From contig CBDDCX010000007.1 of the NCBI GenBank assembly GCA_965226375.1, forward strand, positions 480,001-544,000: 64,000 nucleotides of DNA, read 5' to 3'. This document shows positions 21,753-32,529 of the stretch, piece after piece; position 1 is the stretch's first letter; every line of letters starts with the position of its first letter. The stretch is from Longimicrobiales bacterium. GTDB taxonomy: Bacteria; Gemmatimonadota; Gemmatimonadetes; Longimicrobiales; Gaopeijiaceae. The notes under the pieces were generated by a model. That model ran no database searches, had not been told where the DNA came from, and was given only the letters and a program-made list of their open reading frames with translations. The translations under genes were made by a program, and so were the position numbers.

Positions 21753-22634
21753 ATGTCCTCTCAGGCCGAGTCAGAGGCCGAGCGCGACACCTCACCGCTC
21801 CCGGCGATCCTGGTCGAGGGTATCGTTCGTCGTGCTCTCGAAGAAGATCTAGGTCAGTCGGGGGATATCACAACGCGTTCGGTAGTCACCCCGACAGCGG
21901 CGACAGAGGCTCATATCGTGGCAAGGGGTGCGGGGATCCTGGCGGGTGCTCAAGCCGCGACCTTGGCCTTCACGCTTGTCGACCCGGGGCTCACAGTTCG
22001 TTTTGCCGTAGACGATGGATCTCCTGTGGCTCGAGGGGACGTGGTGGCTAGAGTGGAAGGCGCTGCCCGCTCCGTTCTGACCGCGGAGCGTACGGCCCTG
22101 AACTTCCTCGGTCATCTGTCGGGGGTCGCCACGGCCACCCACGCGCTCGTTGAGGCCGTCCGGGGCACGGACGCCAAGATCTGCTGCACCCGGAAGACCA
22201 CGCCGGGGTTACGGGCGCTCGAGAAGTACGCGGTGCGCGCCGGCGGCGGCGTGAACCATCGACTCGGGCTCGACGGGGCGATCATGATCAAGGACAACCA
22301 CATCGCAGTGGCCGGTGGGGTAGGTCAGGCTCTTGCAGCTGCTCAGGCGTCCACCGGCCCCCTCACACCCATCGAGATAGAAGTCGACACGCTCGATCAG
22401 CTCGGTGAAGCCGTCGCCGGGGGTGCCTCGGTAATTCTTCTGGATAACATGTCGCCGGCCGTGCTTGCACAGGCTGTCGCGAAGGTCGATGGACGGGCGC
22501 GCCTCGAGGCGTCGGGCAACGTGACGGTCGACACCGTCCGGGGCATCGCCGAAGCAGGGGTCGACTACATCTCGAGCGGGTGGATCACCCACTCGGCCCC
22601 GATTGTGGATTTCGGGCTGGACTTCTCCGGCTAG
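21753..22634 (+). CDS. nadC: Nicotinate-nucleotide diphosphorylase (carboxylating)
   Basis: AERTALN, TRKTTPGLR, NHRLGL, IKDNH, LLDNM, EASG. Confidence 0.96.
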   Translation: MSSQAESEAERDTSPLPAILVEGIVRRALEEDLGQSGDITTRSVVTPTAATEAHIVARGAGILAGAQAATLAFTLVDPGLTVRFAVDDGSPVARGDVVARVEGAARSVLTAERTALNFLGHLSGVATATHALVEAVRGTDAKICCTRKTTPGLRALEKYAVRAGGGVNHRLGLDGAIMIKDNHIAVAGGVGQALAAAQASTGPLTPIEIEVDTLDQLGEAVAGGASVILLDNMSPAVLAQAVAKVDGRARLEASGNVTVDTVRGIAEAGVDYISSGWITHSAPIVDFGLDFSG

Positions 22635-22684
22635 TACCGGATGCTCCCCTGCCTTCGGATGGCCGGGATACTTCGGTGACGCCC

Positions 22685-23839
22685 CTAGGGGTCCGCATGT
22701 AGCTTGCGAGCCAGATCCAACGCCGCCCCACCCAGGTTCGTCTCGCCCCCGTTGTAGTTCCTCAGCAGGACCACCCCGAGTTGAGCATCCGGCTGGAACA
22801 GCAGGTGAGCGTTGTAGCCGGCAACGGAGCCACCGTGGCTGGCCCACCAGGTTCCGTCGGCGTCGCGTCGCAGGCTGAAGCCGAGACCGTACCCCTGGCT
22901 GTCGCTCTCGGGGGTTTGGATCGAGAGCATGGCGGCCCGTGTTTCGTCGTCCAGGAGCCGCAAGGCCCCGGACACTCCGGCAGCGAAGCGAGCCAGATCA
23001 CCCACCGTGGAATACACGCCCCCGTTGGGGACCTTGTACCCGCGACCGGCGTGTTCTCGAGCCGGGGGACGGGCGTCGATCTCACCGTCTCGATTCACGT
23101 ACCCCGCCGCCAGCCGAGTCCGTAGCGCGCTTCCCACCACGAAGGTGGAGGAGGACATACCGAGGGGTTCGAAGATGCGCTCCTCCACGAGCTCCATGAA
23201 CGGCTTGCCCGCGGCTCGCGACAGGGCCAGACCCAGGATGCCGTACCCGATGTTCGAGTAGGAGTACGCCTCGCCCGGCACAGTCTGATATCGGGTCGCC
23301 GCAATGGACTCGAGGATCTTCGACTCCCAGCCGCCGATGGGCCCGGTGGCGGCTCCCGGTAGCACCGGCTCCCGGATGAGGCCTCCCGTGTGACTGGCCA
23401 GATGACGGAAGGTGAGGACGGGTTGTCCCGTCTCCGCGCCGACCAACCCCCCCACCTCGGGAAGAGCTCCCGAAACAGGATCGTCCAACCCCACAACTCC
23501 ATCCTGGACCAGCAGCATCATGAGCACGGCGGTGACGGACTTCGAGATCGACCCCGTGCGGTAGATGTTCCTGGGGCCGGCCCGTTGACCGATCTCGCGG
23601 CTCACGACCCCGAACCCTCGGGACCATCTCACCTCATCGCCGACGAAGACAGCTGCGGTGATGCTCCCGATCCCATCCACCTCTACGTCCCGGGCGAGAC
23701 CGACCGAGAAGGCTTCGATACTTTCATCCCAGTTCGACTGAGCATGGACTTCAGAAGGGCTTCCAGCCGCAAGGATCGCCGCCGTGAGAGCCGTCGCCGC
23801 TACGGCCGCGGTGGCTCGTGTGCGATGGTTCCTCGTCAT
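22685..23839 (-). CDS. Exported serine hydrolase, beta-lactamase (class C-like/D-peptidase) family
   Basis: Signal peptide; SISK (SxxK), YSN, HGG triad motifs. Confidence 0.88.
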   Translation of the reverse strand: MTRNHRTRATAAVAATALTAAILAAGSPSEVHAQSNWDESIEAFSVGLARDVEVDGIGSITAAVFVGDEVRWSRGFGVVSREIGQRAGPRNIYRTGSISKSVTAVLMMLLVQDGVVGLDDPVSGALPEVGGLVGAETGQPVLTFRHLASHTGGLIREPVLPGAATGPIGGWESKILESIAATRYQTVPGEAYSYSNIGYGILGLALSRAAGKPFMELVEERIFEPLGMSSSTFVVGSALRTRLAAGYVNRDGEIDARPPAREHAGRGYKVPNGGVYSTVGDLARFAAGVSGALRLLDDETRAAMLSIQTPESDSQGYGLGFSLRRDADGTWWASHGGSVAGYNAHLLFQPDAQLGVVLLRNYNGGETNLGGAALDLARKLHADP

Positions 23840-24882
23840 CGAACGAGCGGCGAATACCCGATGCCGTCCGGCCAAACTCCAGTGTCCCAAGTGGCCACGA
23901 CGGACCCCGAGGCCAGGTCCAGGGCTGCGACCTGATTCCGTCCCTGGAGCGACACGAAGGCCCGGCCCCCGTCTCGAGACATGGCGATCCCTTCGGGAGA
24001 TGCAGATCCCGGGAACTCAGTGCTTCCAACCAAACCCTCGGCCGGCACCAGGACCCTGTGGAGTTCTCTTCGCGTGGCGGTGTCCACAATGCGGATTTCC
24101 CCGTTCGCGGGGTCGGCGAGGACGGCCGTCGCTCCGTCGGGAGTGATCGCCATGCGGTACGGAAAGCCGAAGCCCTCCAGCACGTCGACGACGTGGCCTG
24201 CCTCGACGTCCACCACGCTCACGGTCTTGTCTCGGTTACTGCCCACCCAGACTTGGGATCCGTCGGGGGACACTGCCAGTCCTTCGACGACGGGTGCCAC
24301 TTCGATGACGCGCACGTGCACCCCCTTCAAGACGTCCAACTCCGAGATCGTGCCGTCTCGAATGTTGGTCGTGAAGATGCGTGCGCCCCGGGCGTCGGCC
24401 GCCAGCATGTGCGACGTGGCTCCCTCGGTGGGAATGGTGGTGACGATGTCTCCGGTGTGGAGGTTGACCAGCACCACGACACCCTGAGCCTCCGAGGTGA
24501 CGGCCACCAGGCTGTCTCCCGGTAGCACGGCGATGCCGTGGGGCCTCTCGTAGATCTCCATCGATATGGTGCGGGCCACCGTGACGGTGGCGAGGTCGAC
24601 GACCGTCAGCGAGCGACCTGCGGCTCCTCGGTCCCCGTAGTTGGTGATGACGGCCCAGCGCCCGTCGCCCGTAACGGCGATCTCGTGGGGCGCTCGTCCG
24701 GTGGGTAGGGTTGCCAGGGTCCTGCCACTGCCCACGTCGATGATCGTGGCCGTATTGTCGTTCATGTTGGCGACGACGAGTGTGCCTGATCCGGCGTCCT
24801 GGGCGGCCGCGCCACCGGTACCGAGTGTGATCGCGAAGCAGGCGGTCCCGACTCCCCTCAAGCCCCTACCAAGAATCCTCAT
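23836..24882 (-). CDS. Exported YVTN/YncE-type beta-propeller protein
   Basis: Signal peptide ...AAAQ; repeated blades (G.APHEIAVT.DG, PHGIAV, PYRMAITPDG, PEGIAMS.DG, PDGI). Confidence 0.85.
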   Translation of the reverse strand: MRILGRGLRGVGTACFAITLGTGGAAAQDAGSGTLVVANMNDNTATIIDVGSGRTLATLPTGRAPHEIAVTGDGRWAVITNYGDRGAAGRSLTVVDLATVTVARTISMEIYERPHGIAVLPGDSLVAVTSEAQGVVVLVNLHTGDIVTTIPTEGATSHMLAADARGARIFTTNIRDGTISELDVLKGVHVRVIEVAPVVEGLAVSPDGSQVWVGSNRDKTVSVVDVEAGHVVDVLEGFGFPYRMAITPDGATAVLADPANGEIRIVDTATRRELHRVLVPAEGLVGSTEFPGSASPEGIAMSRDGGRAFVSLQGRNQVAALDLASGSVVATWDTGVWPDGIGYSPLVR

Positions 24883-24991
24883 CCCATCGCCTCCCCTGAA
24901 CACCGAGCCGGATCGAACATTGAGTCGCCAAGACCAGAGCACCGCCGAGAGTAGCCTGCCGACAATCACACCACGGCGTGCACTACCATAG

Positions 24992-25642
24992 TCACGAATC
25001 GGTGCATTGGGGCGATCCGTCCGAGGCCGACTTGATGATCTCGAGGATTTCCCTGAGAGTCTCACCGCCGGCGTCCTCATCGTACCAAGCGAACTTCTGG
25101 TCGAGTTTTTCCCGGCCGCTCAGATTGTCCGGATTTTTCTGCCACCAGTCCTGCAGGACCCCAGGCCGCTCGCTCCAGCAGCCCACCTTGTCACCCTTCT
25201 CGTCGAGAACGATGACCGTGGGAGTCGCCGGCCGTCCATCGGGAGTCGGGTGGGCTTCCATGACCCAGCGCCCCTCATCGGAATTCACGATTCGCATGTC
25301 CAGCCCGTCAACTCCCTCGGTGAGCCTCGCCAGGTAGGGGATCGTGTTGACCGAATCGCTACACCAGTCCTCACCCACAACCAGCAGGCGCCAGTTGCCC
25401 GGAATTTCGCGAGCCCCCGGAGTCATCTCTACCGCGACATAATCACGGGCATAGTTCTCGAGCCACTCCTCTTCCTGATCCTCAGCCTGTTCCAGGAAGT
25501 CCGAAAAGGTAAGCCCCGATCTGTACAACTCCGCATAACTAGCCTGCTGGAGAGGCGTGATGACCTCGGTCGGCCGCGGCACTTCGGGGCCGGTGCCGCA
25601 CATGGAAGTCAGTGACAGAGCGAGGGCTAGGACGGGGCTCAT
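24992..25642 (-). CDS. Exported thioredoxin-fold protein (WCxD type)
   Basis: Signal peptide; LLVVGEDWCSDS, cis-Pro loop ATPT, W.ERP. Confidence 0.8.
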   Translation of the reverse strand: MSPVLALALSLTSMCGTGPEVPRPTEVITPLQQASYAELYRSGLTFSDFLEQAEDQEEEWLENYARDYVAVEMTPGAREIPGNWRLLVVGEDWCSDSVNTIPYLARLTEGVDGLDMRIVNSDEGRWVMEAHPTPDGRPATPTVIVLDEKGDKVGCWSERPGVLQDWWQKNPDNLSGREKLDQKFAWYDEDAGGETLREILEIIKSASDGSPQCTDS

Positions 25643-25682
25643 GAACACTCCTGCGATGTACGGGTTCTCGCTCCGACGCCGG

Positions 25683-26996
25683 TCAGGCGGGGAGTCCGTG
25701 TTTCACGACATGCCCCATCGCTTCGATGAAGCGGTCGACTTCCTCGAGCGTCGAGTAGACGCTCGGAGAGATCCGCAGACCCTGGAACTGTGCGTGATTG
25801 ATCGAGACCGTAATGATGCGGTGTTCGTGCCACAGCCAGTCCCTCAGCGCGACCATGTCCTCGCCCACGATCTGGACATTGGCGATTCCGCAAGCGAACC
25901 CCGGCTTGAGGCTCGTGTGCACACGAATCCGATCGTGCTCCAGCAGTCGGTTGGCCCACAGATCTCTGAGATAGACGAGCCGTTCGGTCTTCCGCTTCGA
26001 CCCGATGCCCTGATGGAAGGTCAGGGCTTCGGCGATGGCGAGGTGGTTCGCCGCCGGGTGTGTGCCGATCTCTTCGAACTTCCGGATGTCGCCGTCCATG
26101 TGATCGCGGGCAGCCATCAGCGGCCAAACGTCCGGAATCACGTTCCGGCGTACGTAGAGGAGACCGGTACCGTGCGGTGCGAACAGCCACTTATGAAGGC
26201 TCGTGGAGTAGTTGTCGCACTCCAGATCCGAGATCTTGAAGTCGAAGTGCGCCAGGGCATGGGCTCCGTCGATGATGACCGGAATGTCATAGCGGCGAGC
26301 CATCTTGACGACATCCTTCACCGGAAGGATCTGCCCCGTGAGATTGATCATGTGACACATGAGAATCAGGCGGGTCTTCTCGGTGATCCCCTCTTCGAAG
26401 AGCCGAACCACCTCGGCGTCGTCCTCGGCTGGGACGGGGAGCTCGATTTGCTTCAAGACGATGCCTTCACGCCGCTCTCGCTGCATGAACGTCGTTCGCA
26501 TACGTCCGTAGTCCTGGGTCGAAGTCAGGACCTCGTCGCCACGATTCAGGTCGTAGCCGAGCTGGAGGATCTGAAGGCTCTCCGATGCGTTGCGTGTGAT
26601 GGCGATTTCTTCCGGGTCGACCCCCCACTCGCGGGCCATGCGTTTGCGGACCGCCTCCTGCTGAGGCTCGAGGACGGCCCACATGGTGTGGGACGGAGCC
26701 AGGTTAGAGAAGTCCAGGTGACGCTTCATGGCCTCCTGGACAAAGGAGGGCGAAGGGCTGACCCCCCCGTTGTTGAAATTGACCAGGCTCCGGTCGACCG
26801 TGAACGCCTGAGCCACCTCGGACCAGTAATCCTCGTCCTGGGCTATATCTTTCGGCGTGCCGTTATAACGGGACAAGGAATCCAGGATCTCGGGAGCGGC
26901 CGGCCGGAAGATCGTGGGTGCGCCCGGAAATCCGCGGACGGCGAAGGCGGCCGGAAGGGACATCGTGGCCAAGAAATCGCGTCGCGTTGACATCAT
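25683..26996 (-). CDS. Class V PLP-dependent enzyme (isopenicillin-N-epimerase-like) with Tat signal
   Basis: STRRDFL; NNGGVSP, TRNASE, IDGAH, SLHKWL.AP.GTG. Confidence 0.88.
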   Translation of the reverse strand: MMSTRRDFLATMSLPAAFAVRGFPGAPTIFRPAAPEILDSLSRYNGTPKDIAQDEDYWSEVAQAFTVDRSLVNFNNGGVSPSPSFVQEAMKRHLDFSNLAPSHTMWAVLEPQQEAVRKRMAREWGVDPEEIAITRNASESLQILQLGYDLNRGDEVLTSTQDYGRMRTTFMQRERREGIVLKQIELPVPAEDDAEVVRLFEEGITEKTRLILMCHMINLTGQILPVKDVVKMARRYDIPVIIDGAHALAHFDFKISDLECDNYSTSLHKWLFAPHGTGLLYVRRNVIPDVWPLMAARDHMDGDIRKFEEIGTHPAANHLAIAEALTFHQGIGSKRKTERLVYLRDLWANRLLEHDRIRVHTSLKPGFACGIANVQIVGEDMVALRDWLWHEHRIITVSINHAQFQGLRISPSVYSTLEEVDRFIEAMGHVVKHGLPA

Positions 26997-27230
26997 GTAC
27001 CTCACCGTGGGAGTAGCTGTGCTCGACCGTCACATGCAAAATATGCTTCACCGCAGAGACTGTCCAACGTTGTGGCGGCCTAGGCCAAGATAGGCCGGAA
27101 CAAAAGGTGTTAACTGGACTATCACGGGCCGGACGAAACTCCCGCCCGCCCCGAGGGCTTTGGCCGACGCCAGGGCACATCAGTTCAAGCGCAGCATCCA
27201 CACTGAGGAAGGCCATCATCCGCAGTCTCA

Positions 27231-29318
27231 ATGGGTAGACCGACCCTCCTGACGGGGTTAGTCGTAGCGATCCTGGCGTTTCCGGGCTTTACGGCTGCTC
27301 AAGTAACCGACTCGATTCGGCCCGACACTCTCGGAGACTTCCCCGACGCGTTCCTGCTGACCGAAATTCGGGTGTTGGCACGGCAGAAGCTCACGGCCAC
27401 GGGAGGGGTGAGCGCGGTCGAAATGCGGCTCGACTCCCTTGCCTCAGTGCCGATTCCCACGCTGGAAGAGGCTCTTCGAGAGATGCCGTTCGTGCGGATC
27501 CGGGAAAATTCCCGGGGCGAGGCCCAGCCGAGTCTGAGGGGTGCCACCGACCGCCAGATCGCGGTCTTGGTGGACGGAGTGCCGCTGACGCTGGGCTGGG
27601 ATCATCGAACGGACCTCTCCATCATTCCGCTGACGGCGGCTCGCTCCGTGAACCTTCTGCGGGGACTGTCGTCGGTCCTCCATGGGCCCAATGTCCTGGC
27701 CGGTGTCGTAGAGGTGGACGTGGCACGGGGCAACGAGCGAATGGAGCAGCCCGCTCCTGCGACCTTCAGCCTGGGCGTCGACGAGACAGGGGGGCTCGCG
27801 GTTGGGGCGACGGGGTCCCGGCTGGTGGACTCCGATGGGGGACAGTGGTTGCTCCAGGCCGGAGCGGGATTCAGAGACCGTTCCGGAACCACCCTGCCGG
27901 ATTCCACATCGTTCGGGCCGGAGGAGATGGCTCTTCTCAGCCGGGACGGTGAACTTCGGCTCAATAGTGACTTCCGGCACGTGGACGGGTTCGTCTCCGC
28001 ACGTTACCAGGGACTCGGCGGAGCCTGGACTTCGATGATGGCTTCCGGCTTCGACGTTGAACGAGGAGTCCCGCCTGAGACACACGAAGCCGAGCCTCGC
28101 CTTTGGCGATATCCGAACCAGTCGCGCCTCTTTGCGGCGTTCTCTGGCGGCACGGGGAATCGTGAGACCCGTTGGGGCGAAGGCGACCTGGAGGCAAGCC
28201 TCGGAGTCGACGTGGGCACCTTCAGGATCGAGCAATTCGGCTCGGCCGACTACGAAACCGTCATCGACGTGGAGGAAGGAGACGATCGTACGCTCACGTT
28301 TCGTCTTCTCGGGGATCACACCATCAGCCATCGGGCAGACGTGCGAACCGCGTTTACCTACGGCGATGTATCCCACTCGGAACGGTTGAGCGGCGAGGGC
28401 GAGCGGGACTATCGGCAACGTCTGTGGAGTTTCGGCACCGAGGCGGAGTGGAGAGGTGACGACTTGCAAGGGTGGGAGAGCCTTGGTGCCACGCGAGTCA
28501 ACATGGGGTTCGCGATCGACGGAGCGGATACTCCCGAGTCGGCGGACAAGCCTACGCTCGGCCGTTTGTGGGACTGGGGGGGGCGGCTGGGATTTTCGTC
28601 ACTCACCGCGAAGAGTAGGCTGCTTCTGCACGGAGGGCTCAGCCGCCGCGCACGCTTTCCATCACTGAGGGAGCTTTACTCCGATGCTCTGGGTCGGTTC
28701 TTGGCCAATCCCGAGCTGAAGCCCGAGACCCTGACCGGTGTGGAGATGGGACTCACCTGGGATCTTCCGGTCTTCGATCTGCAGGTCGTGGGCTTCCATC
28801 AGGTCCTCTCCGACGGCATCGTCCGAATCGCCGTCGACACGCCCGACGGACCCCGACGGCAACGCGTCAACAAGGACCGCATTCGAACCACCGGTCTCGA
28901 GGTCGTCGCTACCGGTACGCTGGGCCGACTCGAGTTCTCCGGAGACGTCACCGTCCAACAGGCATGGCAATTCGAAGAAGGAAGTGACGAGCGCACGAGA
29001 CCCGAGTACGAGCCCAACCTTGCCGCACGTTTGAGTCTTGCGGTGCCCGTGGTCGCCGCCGCCGCCTTCTCCGGAGAATACCGGTACGTCGGTTCGCAGT
29101 TCTGTCTCAACACGGACAGTGGCGATTTAGACCCACTCGACACGGCACACAGCCTCGACCTCCGGCTCCGGCGTCTTTTCCTGCTCGAGAGCCGTCGGAC
29201 GTTCTCACGCGTCGACGGGTTGATCGCTCTGACGAATGTCACCGACCGAGCCATCTTCGATCAATGCGGATTGCCGCAGCCGGGCCGAACCCTGCGCTTC
29301 CAGGTCCGACTCTTCTGA
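27231..29318 (+). CDS. TonB-dependent receptor
   Basis: Signal peptide, plug motif LRGA..RQIAVLVDGVP, LRG.SSVLHG, NPELKPE, terminal ...QVRLF. Confidence 0.9.
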   Translation: MGRPTLLTGLVVAILAFPGFTAAQVTDSIRPDTLGDFPDAFLLTEIRVLARQKLTATGGVSAVEMRLDSLASVPIPTLEEALREMPFVRIRENSRGEAQPSLRGATDRQIAVLVDGVPLTLGWDHRTDLSIIPLTAARSVNLLRGLSSVLHGPNVLAGVVEVDVARGNERMEQPAPATFSLGVDETGGLAVGATGSRLVDSDGGQWLLQAGAGFRDRSGTTLPDSTSFGPEEMALLSRDGELRLNSDFRHVDGFVSARYQGLGGAWTSMMASGFDVERGVPPETHEAEPRLWRYPNQSRLFAAFSGGTGNRETRWGEGDLEASLGVDVGTFRIEQFGSADYETVIDVEEGDDRTLTFRLLGDHTISHRADVRTAFTYGDVSHSERLSGEGERDYRQRLWSFGTEAEWRGDDLQGWESLGATRVNMGFAIDGADTPESADKPTLGRLWDWGGRLGFSSLTAKSRLLLHGGLSRRARFPSLRELYSDALGRFLANPELKPETLTGVEMGLTWDLPVFDLQVVGFHQVLSDGIVRIAVDTPDGPRRQRVNKDRIRTTGLEVVATGTLGRLEFSGDVTVQQAWQFEEGSDERTRPEYEPNLAARLSLAVPVVAAAAFSGEYRYVGSQFCLNTDSGDLDPLDTAHSLDLRLRRLFLLESRRTFSRVDGLIALTNVTDRAIFDQCGLPQPGRTLRFQVRLF

Positions 29319-29390
29319 CGCGCCGGGCCGGTCGCTACCTTCTCTGCGACCCCCACCGTCCGTCCAGTCCGTGGTTGGATACGCACAGAG

Positions 29391-30377
29391 ATGATCCGAG
29401 TCACTTTTTTGGGCACCGCGGCTTCCCGACCCACGGTCCGCCGTAACGTGAGCTCCGTCGCCGTCCAGCGAGAGGGAGATGTCTTCCTGTTCGACTGCGG
29501 CGAGGGCACCCAGCGTCAGATGATGCGATACGCCACGGGCTTTGCGCTGGGCGAGATCTTTATCACGCATCTTCATGCCGATCATTTCCTGGGGATCACG
29601 GGTCTCCTGCGCACCATGGCCCTCCAGGGACGCACCGAGCCCCTGACCGTCTACGGACCTCCAGGGTCTCGGGCCACGTTGCGGAATGCGGTGGAATTGG
29701 GTGTGGATCGCGTCACGTTCCCGCTTGACATCGAGGAGCTCGAGGTGGGCGCTCGAGTATCCCACGAGGAATACGACGTGGTCGCCTTCCGCGTGAACCA
29801 CGGCACGCAGGCGTTGGGTTATGCGCTCGTGGAACACGAGCGATTGGGCCGCTTCGACGTCGAACGTGCCCGGGCCCTGGGAATTCCGGAAGGCCCGTTG
29901 TTCGGTAAGCTGCACAAAGGCGAAGCCGTGGAGGTGGATGGCCGGATGATCGAGGCTGCCGAACTGGTTGGCGTATCGCGTCCCGGTCGGGTGGTCGTAT
30001 ATACGGGGGACACCCGCCCGGCCGATAGCGTGCTCGACGTGGCCACCGGTGCCGCCCTCCTCATTCACGAGGCCACGTTCGGCCACGAGGAAGCGGACAG
30101 GGCGCACCAGACGCACCACAGCACGGCGCGAGGCGCGGCCGCACTCGCCCTCGAGGCCGGGGTCGCTCGTCTGTGTCTCACACACGTCTCCCCTCGTTAT
30201 GCGGACGACACGACACCGTTGGAGCAAGAGGCGCGCGAGGTGTATCCGGGAGCGGTGGTCGCGCGCGACGGCCTCGTGGTGGAAATCCCGCACAACGACG
30301 ACCACAAGGACAACCATGAGGACGACGAGTCAGCGAGCGAAGGTACGGCGGCCAGCGACGGTCCAGACCGGTCATGA
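29391..30377 (+). CDS. rnz: Ribonuclease Z
   Basis: [22 protein letters not shown]-rich exosite, GDT, HEATF, HS. Confidence 0.95.
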   Translation: MIRVTFLGTAASRPTVRRNVSSVAVQREGDVFLFDCGEGTQRQMMRYATGFALGEIFITHLHADHFLGITGLLRTMALQGRTEPLTVYGPPGSRATLRNAVELGVDRVTFPLDIEELEVGARVSHEEYDVVAFRVNHGTQALGYALVEHERLGRFDVERARALGIPEGPLFGKLHKGEAVEVDGRMIEAAELVGVSRPGRVVVYTGDTRPADSVLDVATGAALLIHEATFGHEEADRAHQTHHSTARGAAALALEAGVARLCLTHVSPRYADDTTPLEQEAREVYPGAVVARDGLVVEIPHNDDHKDNHEDDESASEGTAASDGPDRS

Positions 30378-31219
30378 GCTCAGTCGAACCGCGACAGCGA
30401 GTGGGCATCGTCGGCCTGGGCCTCATGGGAGGGTCGGTAGCCCGGTCACTCAGGGCGCTCGAGCACCCGCCTCGGGTCACGGCGTTCAGCAACGACCCGG
30501 ACGACGTGAGGGCTGCCCTCGATGCGGGCATCATCGACGTCAAGGCTGAAACATCTGAGGACGCCGTGGCAGACCAGGACGTGTTGATCTACGCCACGCC
30601 GCTGGGTGCCACTCTGGATCTCATGCGAGCGCACTCGGCGTTGTGGGGGGACGCAGCAGTGACCGACTTGGTGGGTCTCAAGGAGCCGATCCTGGCTTTG
30701 GCGCGAGAACAGGGGTTCTCGGACGTGTACGTGGGTGCCCACCCGATGGCGGGAGGCACCGGATCCGGATTTGCATGTTCGGCCGACGATCTCTTCGTCG
30801 ACCGCACCGTGTGGATCGTTCTCGCAGATGCCGAGGAGCAACGCTCGGAATGCGTCGAAACCCTGTGGCGGTCGCTGGGCGCCCGGATCAAGCGGATCGG
30901 AGCGTCGGACCATGACAGGCTCATGGCCTGGGCGAGCCACGTACCGCAACTGATGGCCACGGCCCTTGCCAGGGTTCTGGCGGCGCGGGGGCTCGAGGTC
31001 GGCGATCTCGGTCCGGGTGGCTTGGATATGACGCGACTGGCCATCAGTGCGTCGGAAACGTGGCGTGATCTTCTCGACGTCTCGGCCGACCGGGATGCAG
31101 CCGGGCTGGAGGCGTTGGAGCAGGAGCTCGCCGCCCTGCGCGCCACCCTGAGTGCGGGAGACCTGGATGCCGTCGGCGCCATGATGGATCAGGCCCGTAC
31201 CTGGAGGGAGGGCGGGTGA
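30374..31219 (+). CDS. tyrA: Prephenate dehydrogenase
   Basis: [30 protein letters not shown]. Confidence 0.88.
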   Translation: MSSVEPRQRVGIVGLGLMGGSVARSLRALEHPPRVTAFSNDPDDVRAALDAGIIDVKAETSEDAVADQDVLIYATPLGATLDLMRAHSALWGDAAVTDLVGLKEPILALAREQGFSDVYVGAHPMAGGTGSGFACSADDLFVDRTVWIVLADAEEQRSECVETLWRSLGARIKRIGASDHDRLMAWASHVPQLMATALARVLAARGLEVGDLGPGGLDMTRLAISASETWRDLLDVSADRDAAGLEALEQELAALRATLSAGDLDAVGAMMDQARTWREGG

Positions 31220-32529
31220 GAACCATCCGGGTGCCGGGTGACAAGTCCATCTCGCAGCGGGCTTTGATTCTCGCCTCGTTAGCCACCGGCGAGAGTCGAC
31301 TGAGCGGGGTGCTCCCGGGGGCCGATCCCCAGGCGACCGCGTCCGTATTGAGAGCGCTGGGGGCGGATCTTCCGCAACTCCCGGACGACGGGGGGGAGAT
31401 CCGGGTGATGGGACTGGGCCTTCACGGTTTGCATGAGCCGGAAGAGGAGCTGGACTTCCAGAACAGCGGGACCGGAGGTCGCCTCATGTTGGGCGTACTA
31501 GCCGCCCAGCCGTTCACCACCCGGGTGACCGGTGACGCGTCCCTGCGGAGCCGTCCTATGGGTCGGGTGACGCGCCCCCTCGCCCAAATGGGTGCGACAT
31601 TCCACGAGTTGGGAGAGCCGGACCGGTTTCCGCTCGAGGTGGTCGGTTCTCGGCTCTCGTCCTTGGATTACGACTCGCCGGTGGCCAGCGCGCAGGTGAA
31701 GAGCTCGTTGCTGCTCGCCGGGCTCGTGGGGGAGACGTTCGTCCTGCTCTCGGAGCCTCGGCGCTCACGGGACCACACCGAGCGAATGTTGGGAATGGTC
31801 GGGGCCCCGATCATTTCCCACGAGAATGGTGGTCGGTGGCATGTGGAGCTCCGTGACCCGCCGTCCGTCATCGCTCCCCTCGATCTGCAAGTGCCGGGTG
31901 ACTTCTCATCGGCAGCTTTTTTCTTGGTCCTGGCTCTCCTGGGTGGGGTGAACGGTGGACTGGCCATCGATCATGTCGGCCTGAACCCCACCAGAACGGG
32001 GCTACTTTCGGTGCTGGCCCGAATGGGTGGAAGCGTGGAAATCGTCCGCGGCAGAGACCGAACAGGCTCCGCCTCCGATGAGGTCGGAGAGCCTGTCGGG
32101 GGACTTCGGGCGACGGCTGCGAGTCTCCGGGCGGTGGAAGTGACGGAACGTGATGTGCCCGCTATGATCGACGAGTTTCCCATACTGGCGGTCGCGGCGG
32201 CCCGTGCCTCGGGGGTCACCCGCATTGCCGGCGCTTCTGAGCTGAGGGTGAAGGAGTCCGATCGCATACATGCGCTCGTGGCCAACCTTCGCGCGGTGGG
32301 GGTCGAGGTCGAGGAGCTCGAGGACGGGCTCGAGGTTTTGGGGTCGGACCGCCCCTTGAAAGGTTCGGTTTCCAGCCATGACGATCATCGAATTGCCATG
32401 GCGTTCGGGGTGCTGGGCGCGCTTCCGGGGAATCGTATCGAGGTGCAGGACACCTCCGTGGTCGACGTCAGCTTTCCCGGATTCTGGGGGATGCTGGATC
32501 GCTTGTCCTCCGCGGGAGCAAAGTCGTGA
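31216..32529 (+). CDS. aroA: 3-phosphoshikimate 1-carboxyvinyltransferase
   Basis: PGDKSIS, NSGT, SAQVKS, RVKESDRI, DHRIAM. Confidence 0.96.
   Translation: MRTIRVPGDKSISQRALILASLATGESRLSGVLPGADPQATASVLRALGADLPQLPDDGGEIRVMGLGLHGLHEPEEELDFQNSGTGGRLMLGVLAAQPFTTRVTGDASLRSRPMGRVTRPLAQMGATFHELGEPDRFPLEVVGSRLSSLDYDSPVASAQVKSSLLLAGLVGETFVLLSEPRRSRDHTERMLGMVGAPIISHENGGRWHVELRDPPSVIAPLDLQVPGDFSSAAFFLVLALLGGVNGGLAIDHVGLNPTRTGLLSVLARMGGSVEIVRGRDRTGSASDEVGEPVGGLRATAASLRAVEVTERDVPAMIDEFPILAVAAARASGVTRIAGASELRVKESDRIHALVANLRAVGVEVEELEDGLEVLGSDRPLKGSVSSHDDHRIAMAFGVLGALPGNRIEVQDTSVVDVSFPGFWGMLDRLSSAGAKS

Noticed and set aside
27005..27065. GGGAGTAGC...CGTCA...GAGAC resemblance to a yybP-ykoY (Mn) riboswitch before the TBDR
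   Set aside because: Too short, P1 pairs poorly, and it coincides with the 5' UTR of the opposite-strand gene.
17059..27200. Genomic island integrated at tRNA-Leu
   Set aside because: No integrase, no duplicated tRNA 3' end that I could find, and no obvious compositional shift.
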